From the NCBI GenBank assembly GCA_001821295.1, contig MHSK01000006.1, positions 11,801 through 75,800 of the forward strand: 64,000 nucleotides of DNA. Reading direction: 5' to 3'. Under the pieces are notes generated by a model. The model searched no databases, had not been told where the DNA came from, and saw only the letters and a list, made by a program, of their open reading frames with translations. Every line of letters begins with the position of its first letter. Position 1 is the stretch's first letter. The translations under genes were made by a program, and so were the position numbers. This document shows positions 27,791-37,186 of this stretch, one piece after another. Source of the DNA: Candidatus Taylorbacteria bacterium RIFCSPLOWO2_12_FULL_43_20. Its GTDB lineage: Bacteria > Patescibacteriota > Minisyncoccia > Phycocordibacterales > HO2-43-120.

Positions 27791-28435
27791 TTATTTCCGA
27801 TCACTGTTATTCCAACCTGTGGACGTATCATTTTTTTCAGGGTATTTTTTCAACTTGTCGTCAGTGGCAAGTTTTGCCGCTTTCTTTCGCTTCTCTTTTG
27901 CCGCAGCTTCATGAAAATCACCCACGCTATGAGCTCCATTTTTTATAAGTTTGCAAAGTTCACAGTCATCGTCCAAGTCCCAGTCATCTTCCATAAAGAT
28001 CCTCGGAGACAAATCTTCTACCCACTCATGCATCTCATCACCCGGTCCACCGTCTATCGACCACTGGTTCCATCCGTCAATTTCGTATTTATCCACGAAT
28101 TCTACAATCTTCAAACATTCCGCAAAATCAGTACGTCTCTTTATGGCACGTTCCAGCTTTTTCCCCGCATCCGGGTGTTCGTACATAAACATGGTTTTAT
28201 TGAAAGAATCCAGTTCTTTATATTTCGTATCCAACCTTACTCTCGGTATCGGCAGATATCTTGCTGATTTCTGAATAATCTTTAATTTTGTAGGGGCTTC
28301 AGATCCATTCTTTTCCAATTCACAAACTTCACCTTTTTCTAGATCAATGTAAAAACAAGATGACACCTTATCGCTCATCATGGCTCGAAACAAATCCCAC
28401 TCATCAATTCTATTACCGTTGGATAAAACAAACAT
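27791..28435 (-). CDS. Hypothetical acidic protein (214 aa)
   Basis: ORF. No recognised family. Confidence 0.4.
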   Translation of the reverse strand: MFVLSNGNRIDEWDLFRAMMSDKVSSCFYIDLEKGEVCELEKNGSEAPTKLKIIQKSARYLPIPRVRLDTKYKELDSFNKTMFMYEHPDAGKKLERAIKRRTDFAECLKIVEFVDKYEIDGWNQWSIDGGPGDEMHEWVEDLSPRIFMEDDWDLDDDCELCKLIKNGAHSVGDFHEAAAKEKRKKAAKLATDDKLKKYPEKNDTSTGWNNSDRK

Positions 28436-28526
28436 GCCTCTGAATTAAAACTTTTTATTTACGGTCAACTCTACTATTCTTTCAAATTTGTCGTATTTCA
28501 TCTTTGTGTAAAAAGCTTTATAACAA

Positions 28527-28784
28527 TTATTTATACGACATTCCGCCGCGGTGGCCTATTTCTAAGATTTTTACGATTTTTTCTTTCTTTTCTATTTGGT
28601 AGATAATCCGGTACGGCCAGACTCTGACTTTCCTTTTTCCTTTAAGCTTTCCTTCCATGGGACTGCCGACGAGCGGATTTTCGGCAATGATTCCCAGTGT
28701 CTCAATGATCCGACCTTGCCACGGTTGTGGAATTTTTTTCAACTCCTTCTTTGCGCTATTAGCAATATAGACACTGTATGGCAT
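28527..28784 (-). CDS. Type II toxin, RelE/ParE family (start taken at the internal MPYSVYI)
   Basis: …WQGRIIETLGIIAENPLVG…VWPYRIIYQIEKKEKIVKILEIGHRG matches the RelE/ParE C-terminal signature. Confidence 0.75.
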   Translation of the reverse strand: MPYSVYIANSAKKELKKIPQPWQGRIIETLGIIAENPLVGSPMEGKLKGKRKVRVWPYRIIYQIEKKEKIVKILEIGHRGGMSYK

Positions 28785-28785
28785 A

Positions 28786-29148
28786 TTATTTCTTCTTCTT
28801 ATGCCTGGTGTTCTTCGTCTCCTTATTTTTTTTATCACTTTTCTCCGCAACCACTGAATAACCCTTTCCGGACTCGTATCTCAACTCTTTTTTCAATTTT
28901 TCCAATGTTACATATTCTCCCCTCTTAAACTCATCCTCCGCTTTCTTGATCTTATCCATAAACTCAGGGTCGCCTAGTATTTCCATATCTTCCATAATAT
29001 CCTCAAAGTCGCTCGCGGACATAAGCACGGCTTTTGGCCTTCCTTTTTCTGTGAAGGTGTAATAATTATTCGGTTTTTGCACTTCCTCGGCTATATCAAA
29101 TATTTTTTTTCTCGCCTCGGAAATTGAAATGGTTGTTTTGGCTTTCAT
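28786..29148 (-). CDS. Type II antitoxin, Phd/YefM family
   Basis: TISISEARKKIFDIAEEVQKPNNYYTFTEKGRPKAVLMSASDFEDIMEDMEIL is a typical YefM fold sequence. Lies directly upstream of the toxin. Confidence 0.75.
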   Translation of the reverse strand: MKAKTTISISEARKKIFDIAEEVQKPNNYYTFTEKGRPKAVLMSASDFEDIMEDMEILGDPEFMDKIKKAEDEFKRGEYVTLEKLKKELRYESGKGYSVVAEKSDKKNKETKNTRHKKKK

Positions 29149-29310
29149 AGTAGATATCGCTTAACGAAAAGCGCACACAAATAAAGTCCCGCGGTGACAC
29201 TCTTCAATTTATATGTACATAATAGCGTACATCGTGCAACGATGCAAGTTTACGGCTGTAAAAAACCCGCCAAGTGTGGCGGGTTTGTGAGGATAGCAAC
29301 TGGATACGAC

Positions 29311-30609
29311 TTAAAACGATGCTGCTCCTATGTCTTTCCGATAATGTGCCCCTTTGAAATGGATGCACTCTACCCCTTGGTAAGCGCGGTCAATAGCTTC
29401 CCGAAGCGTATCGCCGATCGCGGAAACACCGAGCACGCGACCGCCGGATGTGATAAGGTTTCCGTCCACTTCCTTTGTCCCCGCATGAAAGACGACAACT
29501 CCTGGCAGAGATTCAGCTTTATCAATGCCTGTGATAGTCAAACCTCTTTTGTGGTCTGGATCCGGATAACCTTCCGATGCCATGACGACGCAAGCCGCGT
29601 AGCCACGATGCCACTCGATGTCCAACTCCTTTAGCCGACCCTCAACGCACGCCTCTAAAATATCCAAGAGATCAGTTTCCAGAAGCCGCATGTAAACTTG
29701 CGCCTCCGGATCGCCAAAACGGGCGTTAAACTCAAGAACAGTTAGTCCGGCTTTAGGCATTTTGAGCCCAGGATAAAGAACGCCTGTAAACGGCGCGCCC
29801 TCCTCCTTGAGACCGAAAAGAGCTGGGGCAATCACGTCTTTGTGGACAGTGTAATATAGACTAAATTTCGGAACCGGAGCAATCGTTCCCATCCCACCTG
29901 TGTTTGGACCTTTATCTCCGTCCAGTAACCGCTTGTGGTCTCGCGCCGAGGGAAACAGCTTGTGCGTCTTACCATCCGAGATGGCGTGCATAGAAACCTC
30001 AGGTCCGTCCACGAAGTTTTCGATGACAACCTCATCGCCGGCAATGCCGTGCGTTCGCAACAACATAATCTTTCTAAGAGATGAAGCGGCTTCATCAAAA
30101 TCTCCACACGGGTAAACTCCTTTGCCAAGAGCAAGCCCCGATGCTTTGATTACTTTTCCGAGATTGCTTGACCCGAAGTGCCGGCGTACATGTTCTAACG
30201 CCCTTTCGTGTTTAGTGAACACCTCAAACCTTGAAGTCGGTATTCCATACTTCGCCATGAACCGCTTTGAAAAAGCTTTTGACGACTCGATCCGTGCCGC
30301 ATCCCTTGTGGGGCCGAAGATTTTCAGACGGTTCGCCTGAAAAACGTCAACGATAGCCAGTGCCAGCGGATCATCTTGCCCGACGATTGTAAGGTCAATC
30401 CCTTTCCTGAGCGCAAACTTGAGAAGTCCCTCAATATCCGTGGCGCTAATCGGAACATTTTCCGCGATCTGCGCTGTACCGGCATTACCTGGCGCAACGT
30501 AGAGTTTTCCAAGACGCGGTGACTGACGGAGCTTCCAGGCAATCGCGCATTCGCGTCCACCTCCTCCGACGAGTAGTGTTTCGAGTAGTGTTTTTTTATG
30601 CATGTGCAT
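29311..30609 (-). CDS. purD: Phosphoribosylamine--glycine ligase (GAR synthetase). Start set at the ATG giving MHMHKK…; the track's TTG start is 48 nt upstream.
   Basis: LVGGGGRECAIAWKL N-terminal motif and ATP-grasp core. Gene GC is clearly higher than in flanking genes. Confidence 0.85.
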   Translation of the reverse strand: MHMHKKTLLETLLVGGGGRECAIAWKLRQSPRLGKLYVAPGNAGTAQIAENVPISATDIEGLLKFALRKGIDLTIVGQDDPLALAIVDVFQANRLKIFGPTRDAARIESSKAFSKRFMAKYGIPTSRFEVFTKHERALEHVRRHFGSSNLGKVIKASGLALGKGVYPCGDFDEAASSLRKIMLLRTHGIAGDEVVIENFVDGPEVSMHAISDGKTHKLFPSARDHKRLLDGDKGPNTGGMGTIAPVPKFSLYYTVHKDVIAPALFGLKEEGAPFTGVLYPGLKMPKAGLTVLEFNARFGDPEAQVYMRLLETDLLDILEACVEGRLKELDIEWHRGYAACVVMASEGYPDPDHKRGLTITGIDKAESLPGVVVFHAGTKEVDGNLITSGGRVLGVSAIGDTLREAIDRAYQGVECIHFKGAHYRKDIGAASF

Positions 30610-30756
30610 GACTGTAGCCCTTCCTTCTTTCGTTAGATTTATTTGTCTATTTGCCAATTGCCAAACAACTGAACTCTACCGTCATACTACCAAATGTTTA
30701 AAAGAAAACCAAATGGCTTTCTCTTAACACAATTTGACTGCTGTAGTACTGTAAAT

Positions 30757-31302
30757 TCAAGTAGATGCATACTCCCAGCCGGGTTGCCAAGATTTAGTTT
30801 TTCTCCAGTCTCCCGCAAATGCCTCTTCCCATGTTTTGCCCTTTAGCAACACATCCAACGATAACTGGGGGGCTTTGTGAGCCACGACAGCGACATGTTT
30901 TCCGTCATAATCTTTTTTTAAATCTTCAAGAAAAGAGGCAATGCGATTCTTTACATCCTCGTAACTTTCTCCGTTTGGCATAGAAGTATTTATAGATTTT
31001 TCTTGCAGCGGCTCAACCACATCTGATGGCTTTCCATTGAGGTCTCCATAGTTGAATTCCCGAAGACGCTCGTCCTTGATGATTTTATATTTATTTCCCC
31101 ACGTTAACTCGGCAGATTTAAATGCCCTTTGGAGATCTGACGTAAAAACCACATCAAAAAATTTATCGGCAGTTTTGTCTGCCAATTCTTTTGACTGCCG
31201 TATTCCTAATTCCGACAACTCCGCATCCTTCCATCCGGACGAAATCCCTTGTTCATTATCCTTAGTCGTCCCGTGCACAAAGTATGTCAATCTTACGCTC
31301 AT
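30757..31302 (-). CDS. Histidine phosphatase superfamily protein (phosphoglycerate-mutase-like), variant catalytic motif
   Basis: N-terminal LTYFVHGTT (RHG-like), and the …VVAHKA… His region of the branch-1 fold. Confidence 0.6.
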   Translation of the reverse strand: MSVRLTYFVHGTTKDNEQGISSGWKDAELSELGIRQSKELADKTADKFFDVVFTSDLQRAFKSAELTWGNKYKIIKDERLREFNYGDLNGKPSDVVEPLQEKSINTSMPNGESYEDVKNRIASFLEDLKKDYDGKHVAVVAHKAPQLSLDVLLKGKTWEEAFAGDWRKTKSWQPGWEYAST

Positions 31303-31618
31303 AGTAATTTTTATTAAATTTATACATCTTAGTTCAAAACATTCAAAATATAGCCTAAAAAAACTAGAGGCATGCCAACAACACCCAACCTCTGTTCAAT
31401 ACGCATAACACGAAACACGCGCGAAGAAATTTTGTGCTCGTTTAAAACTCGGTGATGGACCCGAAGCGCTGCCCAGGCAATAAGAAGCGTTCCTATTGCC
31501 TCCAGTGTAATAATTGTAAATTCCATATTTAACCATTATACCCCTATTCTAAATCTCAGGTAAACAGCGTCCTGTACGGTAAAATGGTGTTAATTTCTCT
31601 TTATTGTAAGATTATGAA

Positions 31619-32701
31619 ATGACACTAGAGGATCTGGGGTACAACAACGCCTTTGAAGAAAATAGGAAAAAGCTTGAGCTTTGCGAATTTTCAGTTGCCC
31701 GCATCATTTCCGAGTTTAAAGGTGAATACAAAGTAATAAACGCAAATGGCGAACACCGAGCAAGAGTCACCGGCAAGCAAATGTTTACGGCCTCATCCAG
31801 AGAAGATTATCCCGCTGTCGGAGACTGGGTTGCGATTTCCGAACTAGATAACGGGCAAGCTATCATCCGAGGCATATTACCAAGGCAATCAATACTAAAA
31901 AGAACTTTCGGTGATAAAAATAGATCTGGAGAAAAAGACGAGATACAGGTTATCGCCGCAAACATTGACGAGGCATTTGTTATTGAATCAATTGACAGAG
32001 ATTATAATTTAAACCGTTTTGAACGGTATTTCGCCATTTCGGAAAGTAACGGCGTACAGCCGGCAATAATTTTGAATAAGATCGATCTTATTTCCAAAGG
32101 AGAGTTGAATGATAAATTGATTCAGCTAAAAAAGAGATTCCCTGACATCAATATTATTTTCACAAGCACCGTGAATGATCACGGTCTTGATGATCTGAAT
32201 AAATACATCAGCAAAGGAAAAACATATTGTTTTCTAGGTTCATCCGGAGTCGGAAAATCCACATTGATAAACCGGCTTCTCGGTGAAGATTCTATAAAGA
32301 CCGGCACTATCAGCCGCTTATCGGGACGAGGCAAACATACCACTACCAGCCGGCAAATGTACTTTCTCGAGAATGGCGGAATAGTGATAGATAACCCGGG
32401 TATACGAGAAGTGGGTGTCGCTCGCGTGTCTGAAGGAATCGGCACTTTGTTTGATGAAATTACAGCGATTGCCGAGCAATGCAAATACGCTGATTGCACA
32501 CACACTCATGAACCCGGATGCGAAGTTATTGGAGCGGTAAAATCCAACAAATTAGACAAAGAAAAATATACTAACTACCTCAATCTCAAGAAAGAAACCG
32601 AGTATCATGATATGAACGAATTGGACAAAAGAGAAAAAGATCGCAAATTTGGCAAGTTCATGAAAAAAGCAAAAAGAGATCTCAAGGATTTTGATTTGTA
32701 G
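31619..32701 (+). CDS. rsgA: Ribosome small-subunit-dependent GTPase A
   Basis: Circularly permuted GTPase: GSSGVGKSTLINRL, DNPG, C-terminal zinc knuckle CTHTHEPGC. Confidence 0.9.
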   Translation: MTLEDLGYNNAFEENRKKLELCEFSVARIISEFKGEYKVINANGEHRARVTGKQMFTASSREDYPAVGDWVAISELDNGQAIIRGILPRQSILKRTFGDKNRSGEKDEIQVIAANIDEAFVIESIDRDYNLNRFERYFAISESNGVQPAIILNKIDLISKGELNDKLIQLKKRFPDINIIFTSTVNDHGLDDLNKYISKGKTYCFLGSSGVGKSTLINRLLGEDSIKTGTISRLSGRGKHTTTSRQMYFLENGGIVIDNPGIREVGVARVSEGIGTLFDEITAIAEQCKYADCTHTHEPGCEVIGAVKSNKLDKEKYTNYLNLKKETEYHDMNELDKREKDRKFGKFMKKAKRDLKDFDL

Positions 32702-32730
32702 TGGTTGTATGACTACTGTTCCCTGCCTTT

Positions 32731-33231
32731 TTAAGAACTGTTAACTAATGAATTGAGATCGGCTTCATTAAGTTTTGCTAGTACTGCATTAATTTTTTCT
32801 AATGCAACTACTTTTTCATCAGCATTCTCCGCTTTAGCTTGTTCTATCATTTGCTCAACCTTTATAATTTGGGGTGTTTTGTATTTATCTTTATTCTTTC
32901 CATCAATTCTTATTATTACCTCACCCAAAAAGGGCTTGTCTGTAAATGTTGAAACAAGCTTGTACGTACAGCTCCCATCTGGATTATTTTCGGTTCCATC
33001 CATCCTAAAACCTGACCCACTAAACGCTTTGGCAACCTGTTCAGTTTGAGCTCCTATGTCTATTTGCACAGACTCAACGGTTCTATAAATTTCTTCAACT
33101 TCAGATGAGCTTAACACTCCATCCAAAACCGCGTCATTAAACGCCTTATAAGCTTCTTGCCTCGGGCCGTTAATTAACATCTCATATCCTCCTTTTTGTG
33201 CTTGTTCCCCTATATTTTCTCGCATGTTCAT
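32731..33231 (-). CDS. Hypothetical protein (166 aa)
   Basis: ORF only. Confidence 0.35.
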   Translation of the reverse strand: MNMRENIGEQAQKGGYEMLINGPRQEAYKAFNDAVLDGVLSSSEVEEIYRTVESVQIDIGAQTEQVAKAFSGSGFRMDGTENNPDGSCTYKLVSTFTDKPFLGEVIIRIDGKNKDKYKTPQIIKVEQMIEQAKAENADEKVVALEKINAVLAKLNEADLNSLVNSS

Positions 33232-33464
33232 TTTTTAATGTGTAATAAAATTATTATATCATCATTTTCGTTACTGCCGGCCAGGGACCATGAATACATT
33301 TCTCTCCCTCGACTCTCGTCGTGCCGTCGCACTCCTCGGTCTGGGCACCAGCTCGTCTGTTTTTTCTACTGAAAAAACATGACTCCGCTGTTCTCGTCCC
33401 TACGCGAGTGAAGCAGTTCACTCGCTGGCCGGCAGCAAAGCCTTTCGCTTCGCTCATTGCTTTA

Positions 33465-33535
33465 CTGCCGGCCAGGGACTCGAACCCCAATACCCGCCTC
33501 CAAAGGGCGGTGTCCTACCATTAGACGAGCCGGCA
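33465..33535 (-). tRNA. tRNA-Gln (anticodon UUG)
   Basis: Minus-strand sequence TGCCGGCTCGTCTAATGGTAGGACACCGCCCTTTGGAGGCGGGTATTGGGGTTCGAGTCCCTGGCCGGCA(G). Perfect 7-bp acceptor stem with U1:A72 and G73 as in bacterial tRNA-Gln. Anticodon stem CCGCC/GGCGG, loop CTTTGGA. Confidence 0.85.
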
Positions 33536-33610
33536 ATATTTTTATCCATATTAAGATTTTTGTATTATGCCTTTTATATCAGACTTTTTCAATGATTGAT
33601 CTTCTTTCCA

Positions 33611-33660
33611 TTGGCTAATTCGTGAGAATATGCCTCTAGGGACAATGTCTTATTCATGAG
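33611..33660 (+). repeat. Repeat family J copy 1 (ttggctaattcgtgagaatatgcctctagggacaatgtcttatt)
   Basis: A 20-bp core, atattctcacgaattagccaa, is shared with 33947-33974 (inverted) and 50761-50800. It contains the imperfect palindrome TATTC-N4-GAATA. Confidence 0.7.
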
Positions 33661-33662
33661 TT

Positions 33663-33923
33663 TTACAAAATAGATATGATTTCTTTCGCTCCAGGTTTTT
33701 GGATTTTGTGAAGATAATAATGCATTTCCAGCCCCTTCTGATCCCTGCCTATGATTTCCGCCGCATATAGAACAGACAGGTGCCTGGAGGTTGATTTAAA
33801 GGATAATTTTATATTTTCCGCCAACTCCCCAACAGTTAAATCACTACTTTTCTTCAACAGTCTGGCAATGGCCAATCTGCGTCTGTTTGCCAGCGCTTTT
33901 ATGCTTTTTTCTAAATCATTCAT
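33663..33923 (-). CDS. ArsR/SmtB-family HTH transcriptional regulator
   Basis: 86 aa. LANRRRLAIARLL…LTVGELAENIKLSFKSTSRHLSVL is the winged-HTH pattern of the ArsR family. Confidence 0.7.
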   Translation of the reverse strand: MNDLEKSIKALANRRRLAIARLLKKSSDLTVGELAENIKLSFKSTSRHLSVLYAAEIIGRDQKGLEMHYYLHKIQKPGAKEIISIL

Positions 33924-33946
33924 ATTTTTTCACGCCTCTATTCTCT

Positions 33947-33974
33947 TATTCTCACGAATTAGCCAATAGAGAAT
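33947..33974 (-). promoter_or_regulatory. Repeat J copy 2 (inverted) in the arsR-like promoter region; candidate auto-operator
   Basis: tattctcacgaattagccaatagagaat. Lies 25-50 bp upstream of the regulator start. Confidence 0.5.
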
Positions 33975-34041
33975 CTGAGGGGTATTATTGTTAATTTTAT
34001 TATATTTTTATAATTTTCAGCACCTCCCTCTATTCACTATA

Positions 34042-34161
34042 GGACTTAGGCAGTAAGATGCAGTTCGAGGCGCGAGCGAGGATTGCGACCAAAATGTATG
34101 CTTATACATAGCGGGAGTAAACGGAGCTTGCAGAGAAGAAATGCGCCGGATGCGTAAGTCC
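34042..34161 (+). mobile_element. MITE-like element family B copy 3
   Basis: ggacttaggcagt…gatgcgtaagtcc, about 90% identical to 2367-2486. Confidence 0.7.
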
Positions 34162-34177
34162 TATACTATCCACTTTT

Positions 34178-35215
34178 TCAATCGCTGTGTTTGGATATTA
34201 ATGAAATAAGAGCAAGTTCCAAGGGAAGTTCGGGAAGATGGGCGTAGCCCGCGACATCATACGCATTGAGAAGCTCAAGGAGAGTTTTGGATGAAATTTT
34301 GGATTCAGGATTCTCCGCGATTTTTTGTAGAAAAGAATAGTCGCTTTCCGTCACCTCATCTTTTATCAGCTGTTCCATATCTTTTGCATATTTCAAAAGC
34401 AAAATTAATCTGATCTTATGCATAACCAGTTTAATGAATACCCTCATATCTACATTGGCGTCATTAGCCCTTCGCACAGCCATTAGACCCCGCTCCAAAT
34501 CCGACACCTCTATAGCCTCAATAAAATCATTGACCAGTTCGCCTTTGGGAGCGCCGGAAACCAGCTCCACCTCGTCAGCGCTGATTTTTTTATCTTTGGA
34601 AAAACTCAATACTTTCTGTAAAATATTCTGCGCGTCCCTGAATGACCGATCGCCAAGCACGGCAATGAGCTCCGCCGATGACGGCTCCAAAGTATAGCCC
34701 TCTTTCTTGGCGATGGAAATAACCACATTTTTCAAAACCTCCTGGCTTGGTTTTTTAAACTGAAATACCTGACAGCGAGACACTACCGTTTCCGGCAACT
34801 TCTCCATTTCCGTCGTGGCGAGAATAAACACAACATGCCGCGGCGGCTCTTCCAGAGTTTTCAACAAAGCATTAAACGCTTCTTTCGTAAGCATATGAAC
34901 TTCGTCTATTATGTAAACCTTGTATTTTGATCTGAACGGCAAAGTGCTGACACCTTCCTTGAGCTCTCTTACGTCATCAATGCCTCTATTGGAAGCGGCA
35001 TCTATTTCGTATAGGTCATCCGAAGCAGTGCCTATCTGACTAGCGAATATCCTGGCAATAGATGTCTTGCCGATTCCTCTCGTGCCAAAAAACAAATAAG
35101 CATGAGATATCTTGCCCGAGTCTATGGAGCCCTTGAGTACATTGACAATATGATCTTGACCAATAATTTCCTTAAACGACGAGGGTCTGTATTTTCTATA
35201 TAAAGCCAATTCCAT
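34178..35215 (-). CDS. dnaX: DNA polymerase III subunit gamma/tau (short form)
   Basis: YRKYRPSSFKEIIGQDHIV…FFGTRGIGKTSIARIFA (Walker A), DEVHML, SRC sensor motif. Start set at MELALYRKY. Confidence 0.9.
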   Translation of the reverse strand: MELALYRKYRPSSFKEIIGQDHIVNVLKGSIDSGKISHAYLFFGTRGIGKTSIARIFASQIGTASDDLYEIDAASNRGIDDVRELKEGVSTLPFRSKYKVYIIDEVHMLTKEAFNALLKTLEEPPRHVVFILATTEMEKLPETVVSRCQVFQFKKPSQEVLKNVVISIAKKEGYTLEPSSAELIAVLGDRSFRDAQNILQKVLSFSKDKKISADEVELVSGAPKGELVNDFIEAIEVSDLERGLMAVRRANDANVDMRVFIKLVMHKIRLILLLKYAKDMEQLIKDEVTESDYSFLQKIAENPESKISSKTLLELLNAYDVAGYAHLPELPLELALISLISKHSD

Positions 35216-35269
35216 GCACCTAGTATACAACATTTGAAATAAAAAAAACGGCATGCGTAACACAGCCGT

Positions 35270-35563
35270 TCACGTCAGAAATCCTCTCGGCAAATCGGAA
35301 CAATCAATGCCCCCGTAGCAAGCGCCAACCCTCATCAAGGATTCGACGCCAAGCGCCCTTTCTTCCTCTGATACACAAGTAGAAAACATTCCCCAAAATC
35401 TTCGATCCGCATTGTTCAGAATCTCATCAATCAGACATGCCGGCACCTCCGCGTCATGACAAGCCTTCACAAATCTGCCTCTGACTCTCCTGTTTTTTGG
35501 AATTCCGATATTGAGTATAGTATTTCTCATAATCACTCTTTCTACATAAATTATACACGGCAA
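35270..35563 (-). CDS. Hypothetical Cys-rich small protein
   Basis: ORF. 7 Cys in about 85 aa. Possible metal-binding. Confidence 0.3.
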   Translation of the reverse strand: MPCIIYVERVIMRNTILNIGIPKNRRVRGRFVKACHDAEVPACLIDEILNNADRRFWGMFSTCVSEEERALGVESLMRVGACYGGIDCSDLPRGFLT

Positions 35564-35624
35564 ATAATGAAGTCAACAGTTCATGAAAAAAACCGCGCAA
35601 GGCGCGGTTGGAAAGAGCGTCGGA

Positions 35625-35909
35625 TCAAGCGGCTTGCGTTTCTTTGGTGTGAAAAGCTTCCGCGACAAAGGGAAGACTTCGCAAGTAATCCTTGGCAGAT
35701 TCTTCTCCTTGAAGGTAAATCTCGCCAAAGTCTTTAACCTGCTCATCTGTCATTTGTCTGCATATGTGATGCACATGATCTTCAAGATCCATTTCCAAAA
35801 GGATTCTGTGGATCTCGTAGGCAATCTCTCTAAATTCAATAAGAGATCTTTTTTGAACCAACGCAGTGTAATAAGCCCTTGCTAAAATCTGTAAACATGG
35901 AGTTTGCAT
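35625..35909 (-). CDS. Hypothetical small helical protein
   Basis: ORF only. Confidence 0.3.
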   Translation of the reverse strand: MQTPCLQILARAYYTALVQKRSLIEFREIAYEIHRILLEMDLEDHVHHICRQMTDEQVKDFGEIYLQGEESAKDYLRSLPFVAEAFHTKETQAA

Positions 35910-35997
35910 AACAGGCGGTGAAAGAAGTTAATCTAATGCAAATTATATGCCAGAGTCGGGCGAACACAAGGCACAGCAGATACCGTGTACAGTTAGT

Positions 35998-36984
35998 TTA
36001 TAGCTTGAGATAATCTTGAACTACTTTCTCTACTTCGGCCGAATTGTTTGTTTCGAAAAGTTGGACCCTCAATTCTTTGGCGCCATCCCATCCTGTCACA
36101 TAGCATTTGTAATGCTTTTTCATTATGGCGAAACTCTTCGTGTCGCCTAAAAGTTCTTCAAATAATCTCGTGTGCTCAACCATAATCCCCAGCCTCTTTT
36201 GGATATCCAAATCTGCCATCGTCTGTTTATCATTGAACAGATAAGGGTTCCCAAATATGGCCCTTCCGAGCATTGCGCCATCCGCCCCGCTCTCGCGAGA
36301 TTTCGCGCGCGCGGCCGCAATGTCAGCCACATCTCCATTTCCAAAAATGAGCGTCCCGCTTCCCACTTCATCTCTTATCTCCACCGCCCTTCTAACTCTT
36401 TCCCATTTCGCGGGAACTTTTGACATTTCCTTCCTCGTGCGAGCGTGAACAGTAATCGCCGCCGGATCCTCGGCCAGCAATTCCGAAAGCCAAGTTTCCA
36501 ACTCATCTTTATTGTATCCGAGCCGAGTTTTAACAGACACTGGAATATTTTTCGCACCGCGTTTTGCCGCTCTTATTATTTCACGCGCGAGTTTAGGATT
36601 CTTTATAAGCGCGGCCCCGGCCCCCTGTTTCTCCACGCTTCTGTCAGGACAACCCATGTTAATATCCAAACCATCAAAGCCAAGATCGTTCACCAATGCC
36701 GCGGCTTCCTCCATAGTTTCCGGATTTGCTCCGAAAAGCTGGGCGATAATGGGACGCTCCTCTTTGTCATACGCGAGATCTTTCAATAATTTCTCTTTGC
36801 CCTTTTTATCCGCGAGCATAAGACCGTCCGCCGATACGAACTCAGTCCACATGGCATCCGGCTTGCCATATTTTGCTATTATCTTTCTAAAAGCCGCGTC
36901 CGTGACATCAGCCATGGGCGCTAATAGCAAAATCGGCCTCTTTTCCTTTTCCGCGTTATTCTTTATTTTTCTCCAAATATCCAT
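35998..36984 (-). CDS. dus: tRNA-dihydrouridine synthase
   Basis: LLAPMADVTDAAFR…GFDGLDINMGCP…TVHART TIM-barrel Dus motifs. Confidence 0.88.
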   Translation of the reverse strand: MDIWRKIKNNAEKEKRPILLLAPMADVTDAAFRKIIAKYGKPDAMWTEFVSADGLMLADKKGKEKLLKDLAYDKEERPIIAQLFGANPETMEEAAALVNDLGFDGLDINMGCPDRSVEKQGAGAALIKNPKLAREIIRAAKRGAKNIPVSVKTRLGYNKDELETWLSELLAEDPAAITVHARTRKEMSKVPAKWERVRRAVEIRDEVGSGTLIFGNGDVADIAAARAKSRESGADGAMLGRAIFGNPYLFNDKQTMADLDIQKRLGIMVEHTRLFEELLGDTKSFAIMKKHYKCYVTGWDGAKELRVQLFETNNSAEVEKVVQDYLKL

Positions 36985-37103
36985 CCAGCCAGCATACCAA
37001 AGATTTGCAAATATTTCCTATTGAATTTTGAATTGCGAAACTCGTCGCAGGCAGGGCTTTAATGGAAATTTCCAATATCTAATTACTAATTCCCAATGGA
37101 AGA

Positions 37104-37165
37104 TGGGACACCCCTTCGCCTCGGAAACCTCGGCACTTCCCCTCTAAAGAGGGGAAGATGGGGAG
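37104..37165. repeat. Repeat family A copy 2
   Basis: ccccttcgcctcggaaacctcggcacttcccctctaaagaggggaag. Confidence 0.8.
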
Positions 37166-37186
37166 GGTCTCTCCCGTCGACTAACA

